Below, piece by piece: positions 45,253 to 54,744 of a stretch of 64,000 nucleotides of DNA; the stretch's first letter is position 1, and every line of letters starts with the position of its first letter. Under the pieces are notes generated by a model. That model ran no database searches. It was not told where the DNA came from and worked only from the letters and a program-made list of their open reading frames with translations. The DNA is from Deltaproteobacteria bacterium (GTDB lineage: Bacteria; Myxococcota; Kuafuiibacteriia; Kuafuiibacteriales; Kuafuiibacteriaceae). The position numbers were made by a program, and so were the translations under genes. The stretch is taken from assembly GCA_040218735.1 (NCBI GenBank), contig JAVJQW010000023.1, forward strand, positions 384,001 to 448,000, in the 5' to 3' direction.

Positions 45253-48200
45253 CGGCCCTCCCCGGCTTCCGCGGTGCGCGCGCCGCCGGGCGACGTCGTC
45301 GACGCGTCCGGCGCCGTCGACGGAGGCGTCGCCGTCCCGAGGTCGTCCAGCCCGTTACCCGAGATGTCGCTCTCCTGCATGAGCGCCTTGCCGCGCTTCT
45401 GCACCGGGAACTCCTGCGGCGCGTACTTGTTGAGGCCCTCGAGGATCCGCTGCGTCCACTCGTTCGTGACGCGCGTCTTCTTCGCCTCCTCGTACGCCTT
45501 GCGGTACGCGGCCTCCGCCTTGCGCTCCAGCACGGCGGCGCGGTCTTCGAGCTGCATCTTGTACTCCATCGCCAGCTCTTCGTCCTTCTCGAACTCCTTC
45601 GGGATGGGCGCCGTGAACAACGACTCCGCGAAGCGCTCGTACGAGTGACCGATCCGGTACGACGCGGCGAGCGTCTGCTCGGCGCGCTTGTACTTGAACA
45701 CGTCGCTGTACAGACCTTCGACGACACGCTGCGCCTTCGCCTTGTCCGTGAGCGCCTTCACCTGCGCCTTGCCGGTCCCGACGATCTTGATCGCGTCGTA
45801 CTTGCGGAACTCGTCCTCCGCGATCTCGAACTGGCACCGCGCCGCGAAGCCACCCGCGCGGCCGGTGATCGCCAGCCCGCGACGGCTGAACTCGGAGACG
45901 CAGCTCTTGTAGGCGGCGAGCGCGGACTTGTTGCGCTCACGCTTTGCCTCGGCGTCGCCGATCTTCATGTGTGCTTCGATGATCCGCTCCTTCTGCGCCG
46001 ACGTCCGCGTGTACCGCTTGATGAAGTCCTGGAGCGTCGTGATCATGTCCGGCCAGGCCTTCATCTTTTCGTAAACGAGCGCCGACCGGAAAAAGATCTG
46101 ACCGGCGTCCTCGCGGCTCGGGAACGTCTGCGCGTAGCGCTTGTAGGCCGCCGCGGCCTTCCCGTACTCCTGCTGGTTCTCGAGGACGACGGCGACGTTG
46201 TAGAGCGCGTCCGCGCGGTCCTCGGATTTCGGGTAACGCTCGACCAGCTGCGTGTACGCCGTCACGGCCGCCGGGAAGTCGAAGCCCTTCTCCGCGTTGA
46301 TGCCGGTGCGGAACAGAGCGCGCGGCGCCAGGTCCGACCTCGGATACTTCTCGTAGATGCGCCGGTAGATCTGCGAAGCGGAGTCGAAGCGCTTCACCTT
46401 CTCGTACGCGACCGCCGCGTTGAAGAGCGCCTTGTCGGCGAACTCGTGCGTGGGGTTGTCGTCGACCAGGCGCACGTACGTGTCGGCGGCCTGCTCGAAC
46501 TTGCCCTCGGCGTCGTAGCGCTCGGCCTGCTTGAACTGCGCGCCGACCTTGAAACCCTTCAGGTTGTCGATGAAGTCGGCCTTCGTCTCGCCGTCCGCCT
46601 TCGTGTTCGCCTGCGCGATCTCGATGAGGCGCTGCGACCACTGCTCGACCTTCTCGTAGTCCTCGGCCGCCAGGTAACTCTCGATGATGAGGTTGGACGC
46701 GTACCGCGCGACCTCGTTCGACGGGTAGTCCGCGACGATCCCCTCGAAGCGCTTCCGCGCCTCCTCGAACTGATCGTGTTTGTAGAAGATCTCCGCCGCG
46801 CGATACCGAATCGCCGGCGCCCGCTCGCTGCGCGGGAGCATCGTCGTGTAGCGGTCGGACGACTCGATCAACTTCTGGCGCGTCGCATCGATCGGCTTCG
46901 GCTCGATCGCCTGGCCCTTGCGCTCCGTCGCCGTGAGCAGCGCCGGGTCGGGGATCTTGCCGGACTTGATCGCCTCCTCGACGACCTTCTCGTACGTGAT
47001 GACACTCGACAGCGCCGCGGCCTCGAGGTGTTTGTTGTCGAGCTTGCTGTCGCGAACCTTGTCGTACTGGATCGCCGCGCGGTCGTAGTCCGCCGAGTAG
47101 TACAGACACTCCGCGAGGAAGAACTCGAAGTCGTAGGAGTTCTTCGAATCCGGGAAGCGACCGAGGTACGTCTCGTACGCGCTCGCGGCCGCGACGTACG
47201 AGTCACGCGCCGAAGCGAGCCGGTTCGCCGCCTTGTGCGCCTGCGCCTGCTGGTGCCGGAAGATCGCCGCCGTATAGAGCGAGCGCTCCGTGAGCGACTC
47301 GGCCTTGTTGATCGCGGTCGTGTCGTCCTGGTTGGCGACGTACCACTTCGAGCCCTCCGAGTAGTCCTTGACCAGCTCCTCGCGCGCGGCCGTCGCGCTC
47401 TCGAAGTCACGCAGCTGCTCGTGCGCACGCACGATCTTCTCCTGCGCCTCCGGGTTGTACGGCGCGTTCGGGTACTTGCCGATCGTGTAGCGGAGCACGT
47501 CGATCGCGAGCGCGTAGCGCGTCTGGTCGAACAGCACCTCGCCGTAGCGCTTCCACAGCTCACCCGTGAAGTCGCGGTTCTCGAGCGGCGCGAGCACCTG
47601 CTTCGCGCGGTCGAGGCCACCCCACTCCTCGTCGGCCAGGGAGATGGCGATGTACTGAATGGCTTCAGCACGCAGCTCCGAGCCGGAGACGCCCGTCGCC
47701 TTCTTCTGCTGGTCGGCGTAGTTGACGAGCGCGATGAACGAGTCGACCGCCTCGTCGAAGCGGTCGAGGCGGTAGTACGTCCAAGCGATCTTGTAGAGCG
47801 CCTTGTCGTAGTACGGGCTGTCCGGGTACGCGCGGACCTTGTCGTACGCCGCGATCGCCTTCTGCAGCGAGTCCTCGTCGTTGCCGTCGAAGTAGATCTC
47901 GCCGATGCGCGTCCACACCTCGGCGAGCAACTTGCTGTCGGGGTGCTGCGACGTCAGGTCGAGGTAGGCCGCGAGCGCCTCCTCCATCTGCAGCTGCTCG
48001 GAGTAGCAGTAGCCGAGGAGGTAGCGCGCGTGGTCCGCGAGGCGGTAGTCCGGGAAACGGGCGAGCAGGTCGCGGTGCAGCCCGATCGTCTTCTCGTAGC
48101 TCGGCTCCGGCGCGGGCGGCTCGGTCTCGCGCTTGCCGTTCTCCCACGCGACGAGCTCCTTTTCGTAGCTCTTGCTCGCGAGGAGGTACTCGTCGCTCGA

Positions 48201-48755
48201 CTTCTCGAAGTACAGCTCCGCGAGGCGGAACATCGCGTCCGGCGTGTACGTCGGGTCGTTCGGGTACTTGCGGAGGAACTCTTCGAAGCGCGCGATCGCC
48301 TCCAACCGGCGCGCGCGCTCTTCCTTCTCCAGCTCCTCGATCGCGCGGTCGTACTGCGCCGAGAGGAGGGCCTTTTGGTCCTCGTACTTCAGGCGGATGA
48401 GATCGCGCATGTCGTCCGAGAACGTCTGCGCGCCGTCCGCGTAGTAGCTCATCGCCTTCTCGAAGAGCGCGAGCTTGGCTTCGTACGCATCGCCGGCGTC
48501 GACCTCCGCCGCCGTCGGCGGACGCGCAGGCTCGTGCTCGGCCTGAGAGATCGCCGAGCCGGGTCCGGTCTCGGGGCGCTCGAGGTCTTCGTCGAAGGCC
48601 GTCGTCGAGGTCGTCGTCTCCTCGACCTGCGGCGCGTCGGTCTCCGCCGGCGCCTCGGACTGGGCCCAGGCCGGCATCCCCATCAAGCAGGAAACGCCCA
48701 GGACCAAGGCCTGAGCGCGAAGAAGCTGCTGCGTTTCGGTCCGCCGCATGGTCAC
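45249..48755 (-). CDS. GltD/AgmU-like large TPR protein
   Basis: Signal peptide; PDAMFRLAELYFE, KALYKIAWTYY, ELRAEA, ADKALFNAA, KAYEEA...NEWT. Confidence 0.85.
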   Translation of the reverse strand: MTMRRTETQQLLRAQALVLGVSCLMGMPAWAQSEAPAETDAPQVEETTTSTTAFDEDLERPETGPGSAISQAEHEPARPPTAAEVDAGDAYEAKLALFEKAMSYYADGAQTFSDDMRDLIRLKYEDQKALLSAQYDRAIEELEKEERARRLEAIARFEEFLRKYPNDPTYTPDAMFRLAELYFEKSSDEYLLASKSYEKELVAWENGKRETEPPAPEPSYEKTIGLHRDLLARFPDYRLADHARYLLGYCYSEQLQMEEALAAYLDLTSQHPDSKLLAEVWTRIGEIYFDGNDEDSLQKAIAAYDKVRAYPDSPYYDKALYKIAWTYYRLDRFDEAVDSFIALVNYADQQKKATGVSGSELRAEAIQYIAISLADEEWGGLDRAKQVLAPLENRDFTGELWKRYGEVLFDQTRYALAIDVLRYTIGKYPNAPYNPEAQEKIVRAHEQLRDFESATAAREELVKDYSEGSKWYVANQDDTTAINKAESLTERSLYTAAIFRHQQAQAHKAANRLASARDSYVAAASAYETYLGRFPDSKNSYDFEFFLAECLYYSADYDRAAIQYDKVRDSKLDNKHLEAAALSSVITYEKVVEEAIKSGKIPDPALLTATERKGQAIEPKPIDATRQKLIESSDRYTTMLPRSERAPAIRYRAAEIFYKHDQFEEARKRFEGIVADYPSNEVARYASNLIIESYLAAEDYEKVEQWSQRLIEIAQANTKADGETKADFIDNLKGFKVGAQFKQAERYDAEGKFEQAADTYVRLVDDNPTHEFADKALFNAAVAYEKVKRFDSASQIYRRIYEKYPRSDLAPRALFRTGINAEKGFDFPAAVTAYTQLVERYPKSEDRADALYNVAVVLENQQEYGKAAAAYKRYAQTFPSREDAGQIFFRSALVYEKMKAWPDMITTLQDFIKRYTRTSAQKERIIEAHMKIGDAEAKRERNKSALAAYKSCVSEFSRRGLAITGRAGGFAARCQFEIAEDEFRKYDAIKIVGTGKAQVKALTDKAKAQRVVEGLYSDVFKYKRAEQTLAASYRIGHSYERFAESLFTAPIPKEFEKDEELAMEYKMQLEDRAAVLERKAEAAYRKAYEEAKKTRVTNEWTQRILEGLNKYAPQEFPVQKRGKALMQESDISGNGLDDLGTATPPSTAPDASTTSPGGARTAEAGEGR

Positions 48756-51097
48756 TCTCTCAGAACGTCTTCGAACTCGGTGTCGAGCTCGCTCTGACGC
48801 TCCTGTTGTTCACGAATCAACTTGTTGACCCGCTCCGTCTCCGCCTGTTTCCGCGCCCAGGCGACGTCGATGATCCCGACGTCCGCCTTCAACACCAGGT
48901 CGTTGAACTGCTCGCCCACCGCGACCAACGTCCGCGAGGCCACCGGCCCCAACAGCCGGTCCGTCTCACTCGCGAGGAGCGAATGCTCCCGTTCGTACTT
49001 CGTGAGGTTGGCCACCTCGACCGCGATCGACTTCTTCACGGACGCCACCTCGTCGGCGACGGTCTGCTCGAGCCCGTTCTGAAGCGTCTCGAGATCACGC
49101 TCGACCTTCACCACCGCGGAGCGCTGCTGATCGATGCGCGCCAGCGCACCCTGCAGCTCGCCGCTCACCTGCGGACGCACCGTCCGCATCGCCGAGACCT
49201 CTTCCTGCACCGCGGCGTCGTACTGCCGGTTGAGCGCCTGCGCGCGCGTGCGTCCGGCGTCGCCCTCGCCGAGCTCCGTCGCGCGACGAATGTCGGCGTC
49301 GAGCGCAGCGAGCTCCTTTTCGTAGCCGTCGAGGAGCTGCCGCGTCTTCTTCACGCGCTGCTCCATCAGCTCGATCTCCTCTGCGCCGAGCTGCGGACGG
49401 TTGTCGCGGAGCCAAACGTCGACCGCCACGAGCTGCGCGCGCATCGACGACACGCGGAAACGCAGCCGGTACGCCCGACGACCCGCGGCCTGATAGGCCT
49501 CCTTCAGCTCGGTGCGCGTCTTGTCGACCTGCGCCTCGTTCTGCGGGAGCGCTTCGATCTCGCCCTCGATCTTGCGAGCCTTCGCGCGCGCGCCCTCGAG
49601 CCGCGCCTGCGTCGCCGCGTTGGCGTACGGGTCGACGATGCGCCGCTCGAGCGACAGCAGACGCCGTCGCGTGTTGATGACGCGGTTCTCGATCGCGATC
49701 GCCTTCGAGCGCGCCGCCTTGAGGCCCGGCACCATGTTGAAGCGCTGCTCGCCCTGCAGCGCGAGGTCGAGCGTCTTCACGAGCTCGCGCGCTTCGGCGA
49801 GGAACTTCTCGCTCTCGCCGAGGTCCTGCTGCATGCCGACCGCGCGCTCCATCTCGTCCTCTTCGAGCGCCCACGACAGCGCGAGCGGCGGGAGGATGTT
49901 CGTCGACGAGACCTCCTCGAGGTCCGCCGCGACGAGCTGGTCGAAGAACGCCGCCGGGTCGTTGTCGCGCATCAGGTTGCCGATGCGATCCCGCGCGCCG
50001 CCGTAGCGATCGACGATCGTCTGGAACGTGTCGTACGCCGTCTCGGGCGCGCCGAGTCGGATCTGCAGGTTGCCCTGGAGAATGCGCGCCTGCGGGTACA
50101 GCCGCGAATCGGGCGACGTCGCCATGAGCAACTCCGTCGCACGCAGCGCGCGCGTGTACTCTTCGTTCTTCTCGGCTTCGCCTTCGGAGAGGTTCGCCGC
50201 GGCGACGTGCGCCCACGCGACCTCGTAGAGCATGTCCGGGAAGTACGGCGAGTCGCGCGCGATGTTCTGGTACGCGTCCGCGCTCGCACCGACGTTACCC
50301 AGCTCCTGATGCAGACGACCGAGCGACAACGCGGTGAGGTCCCTCAGCTGCGCGGACTCGTTGCTCGTGCCGACCTTCGGGAAGGTCTGCTCGAACTGCG
50401 TGACGGCCTCCTCGTAGCGCCCCATCTTCACGAGCACGACGCCCGCGTAATACGAAGCCTGCCCGGAGATGCTCGAGCCGCCCGGCACGCCGCGGAACAC
50501 CTCGAGCGCGCGCCCGAGCTGCTGCGGATCCGAGGTCCCGCTCTTGTAGAGCATCTTGCCGTAGATGTAGTCGACGTCCGGCCGCGACAGCGAGCCGGCC
50601 TGACGCAGGCGCGCGATGTAGCGATCGACGTCGTCGTAACGATCGGTGTCGCCCGCGATCTGCAGGAGGCCGAGCACCACGTCCTTGAGGCGGTCGCCGG
50701 ACGAACGCGGCAGGACGTCCTCGTAGTAGCGCCGCGCGCCCGAATAGTTCTTCGACTTGCGGAGCGACTCCGCGAGGAGGAACACGCAGTCGTCGTAGCG
50801 CGGGTGGTTCTTGCTCTCGGGGTCGTCGACGACGTCGAGCAACACGATCGACGCGCGCAGGTAGTCGTTCAGCAGGAAGTGGATCTCACCCTCCCGCAGA
50901 CGACGATCGACGCGCCCGACCTCGGGCTGGACCTGAACGTCGTAGCCCCGGCGAACCTCGTCGAGATCGCTGTTCATCTTGGCGATCTCGGCGTCGATCT
51001 CGCCTTGGATCTCCGACGCACGCGAAGCGGAAGGGGCCTCGGCCCACGCTGGCGCAGCGGCCAGCATCGCGAGGAGCGATGGAAAGAAGGATCGCAT
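48752..51097 (-). CDS. Exported TPR/coiled-coil protein (GltC-like)
   Basis: Signal MRSFFPSLLAMLAAAPAWA; LSLGRL...AYQNI.RDSPYFPDMLYEVAW; KADVGIIDVAW. Confidence 0.75.
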   Translation of the reverse strand: MRSFFPSLLAMLAAAPAWAEAPSASRASEIQGEIDAEIAKMNSDLDEVRRGYDVQVQPEVGRVDRRLREGEIHFLLNDYLRASIVLLDVVDDPESKNHPRYDDCVFLLAESLRKSKNYSGARRYYEDVLPRSSGDRLKDVVLGLLQIAGDTDRYDDVDRYIARLRQAGSLSRPDVDYIYGKMLYKSGTSDPQQLGRALEVFRGVPGGSSISGQASYYAGVVLVKMGRYEEAVTQFEQTFPKVGTSNESAQLRDLTALSLGRLHQELGNVGASADAYQNIARDSPYFPDMLYEVAWAHVAAANLSEGEAEKNEEYTRALRATELLMATSPDSRLYPQARILQGNLQIRLGAPETAYDTFQTIVDRYGGARDRIGNLMRDNDPAAFFDQLVAADLEEVSSTNILPPLALSWALEEDEMERAVGMQQDLGESEKFLAEARELVKTLDLALQGEQRFNMVPGLKAARSKAIAIENRVINTRRRLLSLERRIVDPYANAATQARLEGARAKARKIEGEIEALPQNEAQVDKTRTELKEAYQAAGRRAYRLRFRVSSMRAQLVAVDVWLRDNRPQLGAEEIELMEQRVKKTRQLLDGYEKELAALDADIRRATELGEGDAGRTRAQALNRQYDAAVQEEVSAMRTVRPQVSGELQGALARIDQQRSAVVKVERDLETLQNGLEQTVADEVASVKKSIAVEVANLTKYEREHSLLASETDRLLGPVASRTLVAVGEQFNDLVLKADVGIIDVAWARKQAETERVNKLIREQQERQSELDTEFEDVLRE

Positions 51098-51107
51098 CAC
51101 ACTTCTC

Positions 51108-51842
51108 TCACTCGGCCGCCGGCTCGGCGTTTCCACCCGTCGGGGCCGCATTCACGTCCTGTTTGATCTCGACGTCGTAGCGGATGTCAGGGCGATCCTT
51201 GAGGTCGGTCGTGAAGCCGCCGCGCTCGTACGCGACCGCCTTCACCGAAGTGACCTTCCCTTCCTCGGCGGTGAACGCGTGGCTCGACTTCACCTTGAAG
51301 GTGTAGCCCTTGAGGTACGAGAACACGCCATACCCGTTGCCGCGGAACAGGAGGTACACGGACAGGTTGTGGTTGCCGGGGACGATGCTGCCGTTGAACA
51401 GCTCGATCTCGGTCTGCTCGTCGAGGCCGCCCTCGGTGTCCGTCTTGTTGAACAGCGGCGCGCCGTCGAGCGAGTAGCTCACCTGCTCGAGCGTGAACGA
51501 CGAGCCCATCTCGTTGCGGTGAACGATCTGAGCCTTCGCTCCGCTGATGACGCCGTTGAGCACCGTCTCGCGGAGGAGGATCAGTCGAGCCTTGCTGCGG
51601 AAGATGCGCTCCTTGAGATCGTTCACCCGCTCTTCGAGGCTGCGCAACCGAATCGCGTAGTCCGTGTCCTCGATCGTCTTCTCGCGCGCTTCCATCGACG
51701 CTTCCGGAGCGCCGGTCGGTGCGGCGGTTTCCGTCGTCGCTTCGGAGTCGGTGGTGCCTTCGGAGTCTTGGGCCCACGCCGGTGCGGCGAAGAGCGAGAG
51801 CGCGAAGATGCAGGAGAAGCTGATGGTGCTCGCGTGGGTCAT
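51108..51842 (-). CDS. Conserved-looking exported protein (coiled coil plus Ig-like domain), first gene of the Glt-like operon
   Basis: Signal ...AAPAWAQ; LEERVNDLKERIFRSKARL; YSLDG; PGNH; GNGYGVFSYLKGY. Confidence 0.75.
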   Translation of the reverse strand: MTHASTISFSCIFALSLFAAPAWAQDSEGTTDSEATTETAAPTGAPEASMEAREKTIEDTDYAIRLRSLEERVNDLKERIFRSKARLILLRETVLNGVISGAKAQIVHRNEMGSSFTLEQVSYSLDGAPLFNKTDTEGGLDEQTEIELFNGSIVPGNHNLSVYLLFRGNGYGVFSYLKGYTFKVKSSHAFTAEEGKVTSVKAVAYERGGFTTDLKDRPDIRYDVEIKQDVNAAPTGGNAEPAAE

Positions 51843-51866
51843 CGATTTCCTCGAAAGCTGAGTCGT

Positions 51867-51921
51867 GGGGGCCATACCCCCCAACCGGGAGCCGTTCGGT
51901 GCCCGGGTGTATGCGGCCCCC
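51867..51921 (-). promoter_or_regulatory. Long GC-rich hairpin in the 5' leader of the Glt-like operon
   Basis: mRNA strand GGGGGCC-G-CATAC...GTATG-GCCCCC, with a TAACAT -10-like hexamer just upstream (51934-51939). Confidence 0.35.
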
Positions 51922-52003
51922 GTCGCGGGGTCAATGTTAGGTGCCTCGGGTGTCCCCAAACATTCTCTTGTCGCGTGCCGTCGGCCATTTTGATCGCAGA
52001 ACC

Positions 52004-53173
52004 CTAACACCCTTCGTCCCCCACTTTCACGTCGACCGCAGCCAAGATCTGCGCGCCGATCGCCTCCATCCGCCAACGGTTCATCCCCGGGACCGCGGCC
52101 AAGGTCCCTTCGTCCTCGGGCGCGCGTTTCGCGATCGCCTCGAGCACGGCGCTCGACACCAAGAAGCCCGGGTCCATGCCGAGCGCCGCGGCCCACTCGA
52201 CGCGCCCCTTCCGGAGGGCGTCGAGGGCGGCCTTCGAGCGCGGAGTGTGCGGAATTCCTGGCTTTCCGCGCTTCCGCGGCCCGCGCGCATCCGGCACGGG
52301 GCCTTCGAGGCCTTCGGCGATGGCTTCGAGCACACGGGCACGGTCGATCCAATTCGGCACTGTCTTCGTGGCCTTGAGCCGCTTCTCCGACAACATCCCC
52401 TGTCGGTCGATCTGCGTCGCGAGGCGCACCATGGCTTCGGAGCGGAGGATGCGGAACGGAGGTTTGTCGGCCTCCTGTGCCTCGCCCTCCCGCCATCGAT
52501 ACAGCGCAGCGAGGGCCTGTCGGCCGCGTTTTTGTAACGATTTTGAGCCTTTGATCTTCCGCCACCCGTCGGGGTCGAAGACCTTCTCCGCCGGCGCCTT
52601 CTCGAGGAGCGCCGCGCACTCCTCCTCGAGCCAGTGACGTCGGCCGAGCGCGTCGAGGTGGCCGAGGAGGCGATCGGCGAGCGGGAGGAGGTGCATCGTG
52701 TCCTGCCGCGCGTAGCGGAGCTGTTTGTCGGTGAGCGGACGTCGGCCCCAGTCCGACCTCTGCTCCCCCTTGTCGATCACGATGGAGAGCTCCTCTTCGA
52801 GGAGTGCCTTCAGGCCCGTATTGGTTCGACCGAGGAACTGCGCGGCGAGCCCGGTGTCGATGAGCCGCACGAGCGGGAGGTCGAACGACTGCTTGAGCGC
52901 ACGGACGTCGTAGTCCGCGCCGTGCAGGAGCATGAGTTTGTTCGGGTCGGTGAGGAGCGCGCGGAGGCGATCGGGCATCCCGTGCTCGAGCGGGTCGAAG
53001 AAGAAGTCACGCTCTTCCGTGGAGATCTGCAGCAGGCAGATCTTTTCGTAGTAGCGGTGAAACGGATCCGACTCGGTGTCGAGGGCGATGCGCGGCGCCG
53101 CTTCGAGGATGGCGAGGTCGGCGTCGACGCCGGCCGCTTGGAAGTCCAAGAATCGCGCTTCGCCTCGCTCCAC
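52004..53173 (-). CDS. rnd: Ribonuclease D (DEDD 3'-5' exonuclease with HRDC domains)
   Basis: IALDTE, CLLQIS, HGADYD, DT, QRSDWGRRPL...YARQD, and HRDC (WRE..A...DKPPF). GTG start at 53173. Confidence 0.9.
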   Translation of the reverse strand: MERGEARFLDFQAAGVDADLAILEAAPRIALDTESDPFHRYYEKICLLQISTEERDFFFDPLEHGMPDRLRALLTDPNKLMLLHGADYDVRALKQSFDLPLVRLIDTGLAAQFLGRTNTGLKALLEEELSIVIDKGEQRSDWGRRPLTDKQLRYARQDTMHLLPLADRLLGHLDALGRRHWLEEECAALLEKAPAEKVFDPDGWRKIKGSKSLQKRGRQALAALYRWREGEAQEADKPPFRILRSEAMVRLATQIDRQGMLSEKRLKATKTVPNWIDRARVLEAIAEGLEGPVPDARGPRKRGKPGIPHTPRSKAALDALRKGRVEWAAALGMDPGFLVSSAVLEAIAKRAPEDEGTLAAVPGMNRWRMEAIGAQILAAVDVKVGDEGC

Positions 53174-53264
53174 CTTTCGCCGCCGCGACGTGTCATCCCG
53201 TCGGCCGGCGCGCGGGTCAAGGGGCACACTGCATCTTGGAGCCGGATGTGCGTATACCTGGGGG

Positions 53265-54725
53265 GTGCGTCGGCTTGCGATGGTGATGGTGACGCTCGCG
53301 GCCCTGATGGGTTGCAGCGGCGATGAAGAAACGCCCGACACGCGCGTGTGCCGTCCGGGTGTGCAGCGCGACTGCTTCTGCAACGGCGCGCCCGGGGTGG
53401 TGACCTGCAAGAACGACGGCAGCGGATTCCACGCCTGTCACTGCCCCGAGTGCGTCGACACGTGTGACGGCCGCGAGTGCGGAATGGACCCCAACAACTG
53501 CGGCATGTCCTGCGGGACCTGCTCGGGGGGCGAGACCTGCGACGACGGGACCTGCGTCGCGATGACGATGCGCGACGCGGGCGTCCGCGACGCGGGTGAA
53601 GCGGCGCGCGACGGCGGGTCACCGGACGCGGGCGCGCGCGACGGCGGACCGCGCGACGGCGGACCGCGCGACGGCGGCTTCGTGTGTGGGGACGGCACGG
53701 TCGACCCGGGCGAGGACTGCGACGACGGCAACAACACCGACGACGGCAACGGCTGCTCCGCCACCTGCACCCGCGTCGGCGCCTGCGGCGACGGCGCGGT
53801 GCAGAGCCTCTTCGAGATCTGCGACGGCGATCCTTGCTGCGACGCGGGCTGCGCCATGGCGGCGCCGCCTTCGACGATCTGTCGCGCGGCGGCCTTCGAC
53901 TGCGACGTCGACGAGGTCTGCGACGGCGCGGCTTTTACGTGCCCGGCGGATGCGCTCGCGATGGACGGTGTGGTGTGTAACGACTGCACGGCGGGGGCGG
54001 GTCGGTGCGACGCGTGCCTCGACGGCGCCTGCGCGGACCGCCCGTTCTTCTGCGCGGACCTGCTGACGGAGACCCCGACGGCCACCGACGGCGTCTACGC
54101 GATCAACCCGGCCGTCACCCCTACCACCGGCACGACGCTGGAGTCGGTGTACTGCGACATGACGGGCGGCGGCTGGATGATGGTGCACAAGAAGTCGCGC
54201 ACCGCGCCGGGCGACGCTTCGGATCTCTGGGTGTCGGGCTCGACCAACGCCGGCAACCTCGCGCTCCTCGACCAGGCGATGAGCACGGAGAACTACGTGA
54301 GCAGCGTCGTGGGTTCGAGGTGGTCCGAGTTCTCTCAGGTCCGACTCGAAGTCCGCACCGGAACGGTCGTAGCGAAGTTCATCGAGTTCGACGCGGTAGG
54401 TTCGGACTACCTGAGTTGGTTCGCGCCCGACCGCCACACCTCATCGAGTTGGCTCGACCTCCCGACCGACCCGAACTGGCAGAACAACAACGGCCGCTTC
54501 TTCACGATCGTCCAGGGCTCGCGCGACTGGTACATCAACCTGCAGTGGGGCGGCTGCCCGTCCGACCGCGGCTGGCTCATGCTCACCCGCGGCAACTTCT
54601 GCTACTGGGAAGCCAACTCGGGCGACCCGGTGGAGATCATCTACTCGGTCGGCACGAGCCACGGCAGCGCGCCGTCTGCGACGCAGACGGCGTACGGGGA
54701 TAGTTTGATCGTGTGGGTGCGGTAG
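53265..54725 (+). CDS. Cys-rich lipoprotein: myxobacterial disulfide repeats, disintegrin-like segment, fibrinogen-related domain
   Basis: Lipobox LMG-C; CGDG..DPGEDCDDGN..GCS..C; ICRAAAFDCDVDEVCDG...CPAD; DGVYAI...VYCDMTGGGW. Confidence 0.8.
   Translation: MRRLAMVMVTLAALMGCSGDEETPDTRVCRPGVQRDCFCNGAPGVVTCKNDGSGFHACHCPECVDTCDGRECGMDPNNCGMSCGTCSGGETCDDGTCVAMTMRDAGVRDAGEAARDGGSPDAGARDGGPRDGGPRDGGFVCGDGTVDPGEDCDDGNNTDDGNGCSATCTRVGACGDGAVQSLFEICDGDPCCDAGCAMAAPPSTICRAAAFDCDVDEVCDGAAFTCPADALAMDGVVCNDCTAGAGRCDACLDGACADRPFFCADLLTETPTATDGVYAINPAVTPTTGTTLESVYCDMTGGGWMMVHKKSRTAPGDASDLWVSGSTNAGNLALLDQAMSTENYVSSVVGSRWSEFSQVRLEVRTGTVVAKFIEFDAVGSDYLSWFAPDRHTSSSWLDLPTDPNWQNNNGRFFTIVQGSRDWYINLQWGGCPSDRGWLMLTRGNFCYWEANSGDPVEIIYSVGTSHGSAPSATQTAYGDSLIVWVR
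53636..53677 (+). repeat. 15-bp coding tandem repeat (RDGGP linker)
   Basis: GCGCGACGGCGGACC x2.8. Confidence 0.8.
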
Positions 54726-54744
54726 CGGACCGCGGCCGAAGGAT

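Noticed and set aside
53570-53680. Short tandem repeats as a possible CRISPR or VNTR system
   Set aside because: They are in-frame RDAG/RDGGP linker repeats typical of myxobacterial lipoproteins, with no spacers or cas genes.
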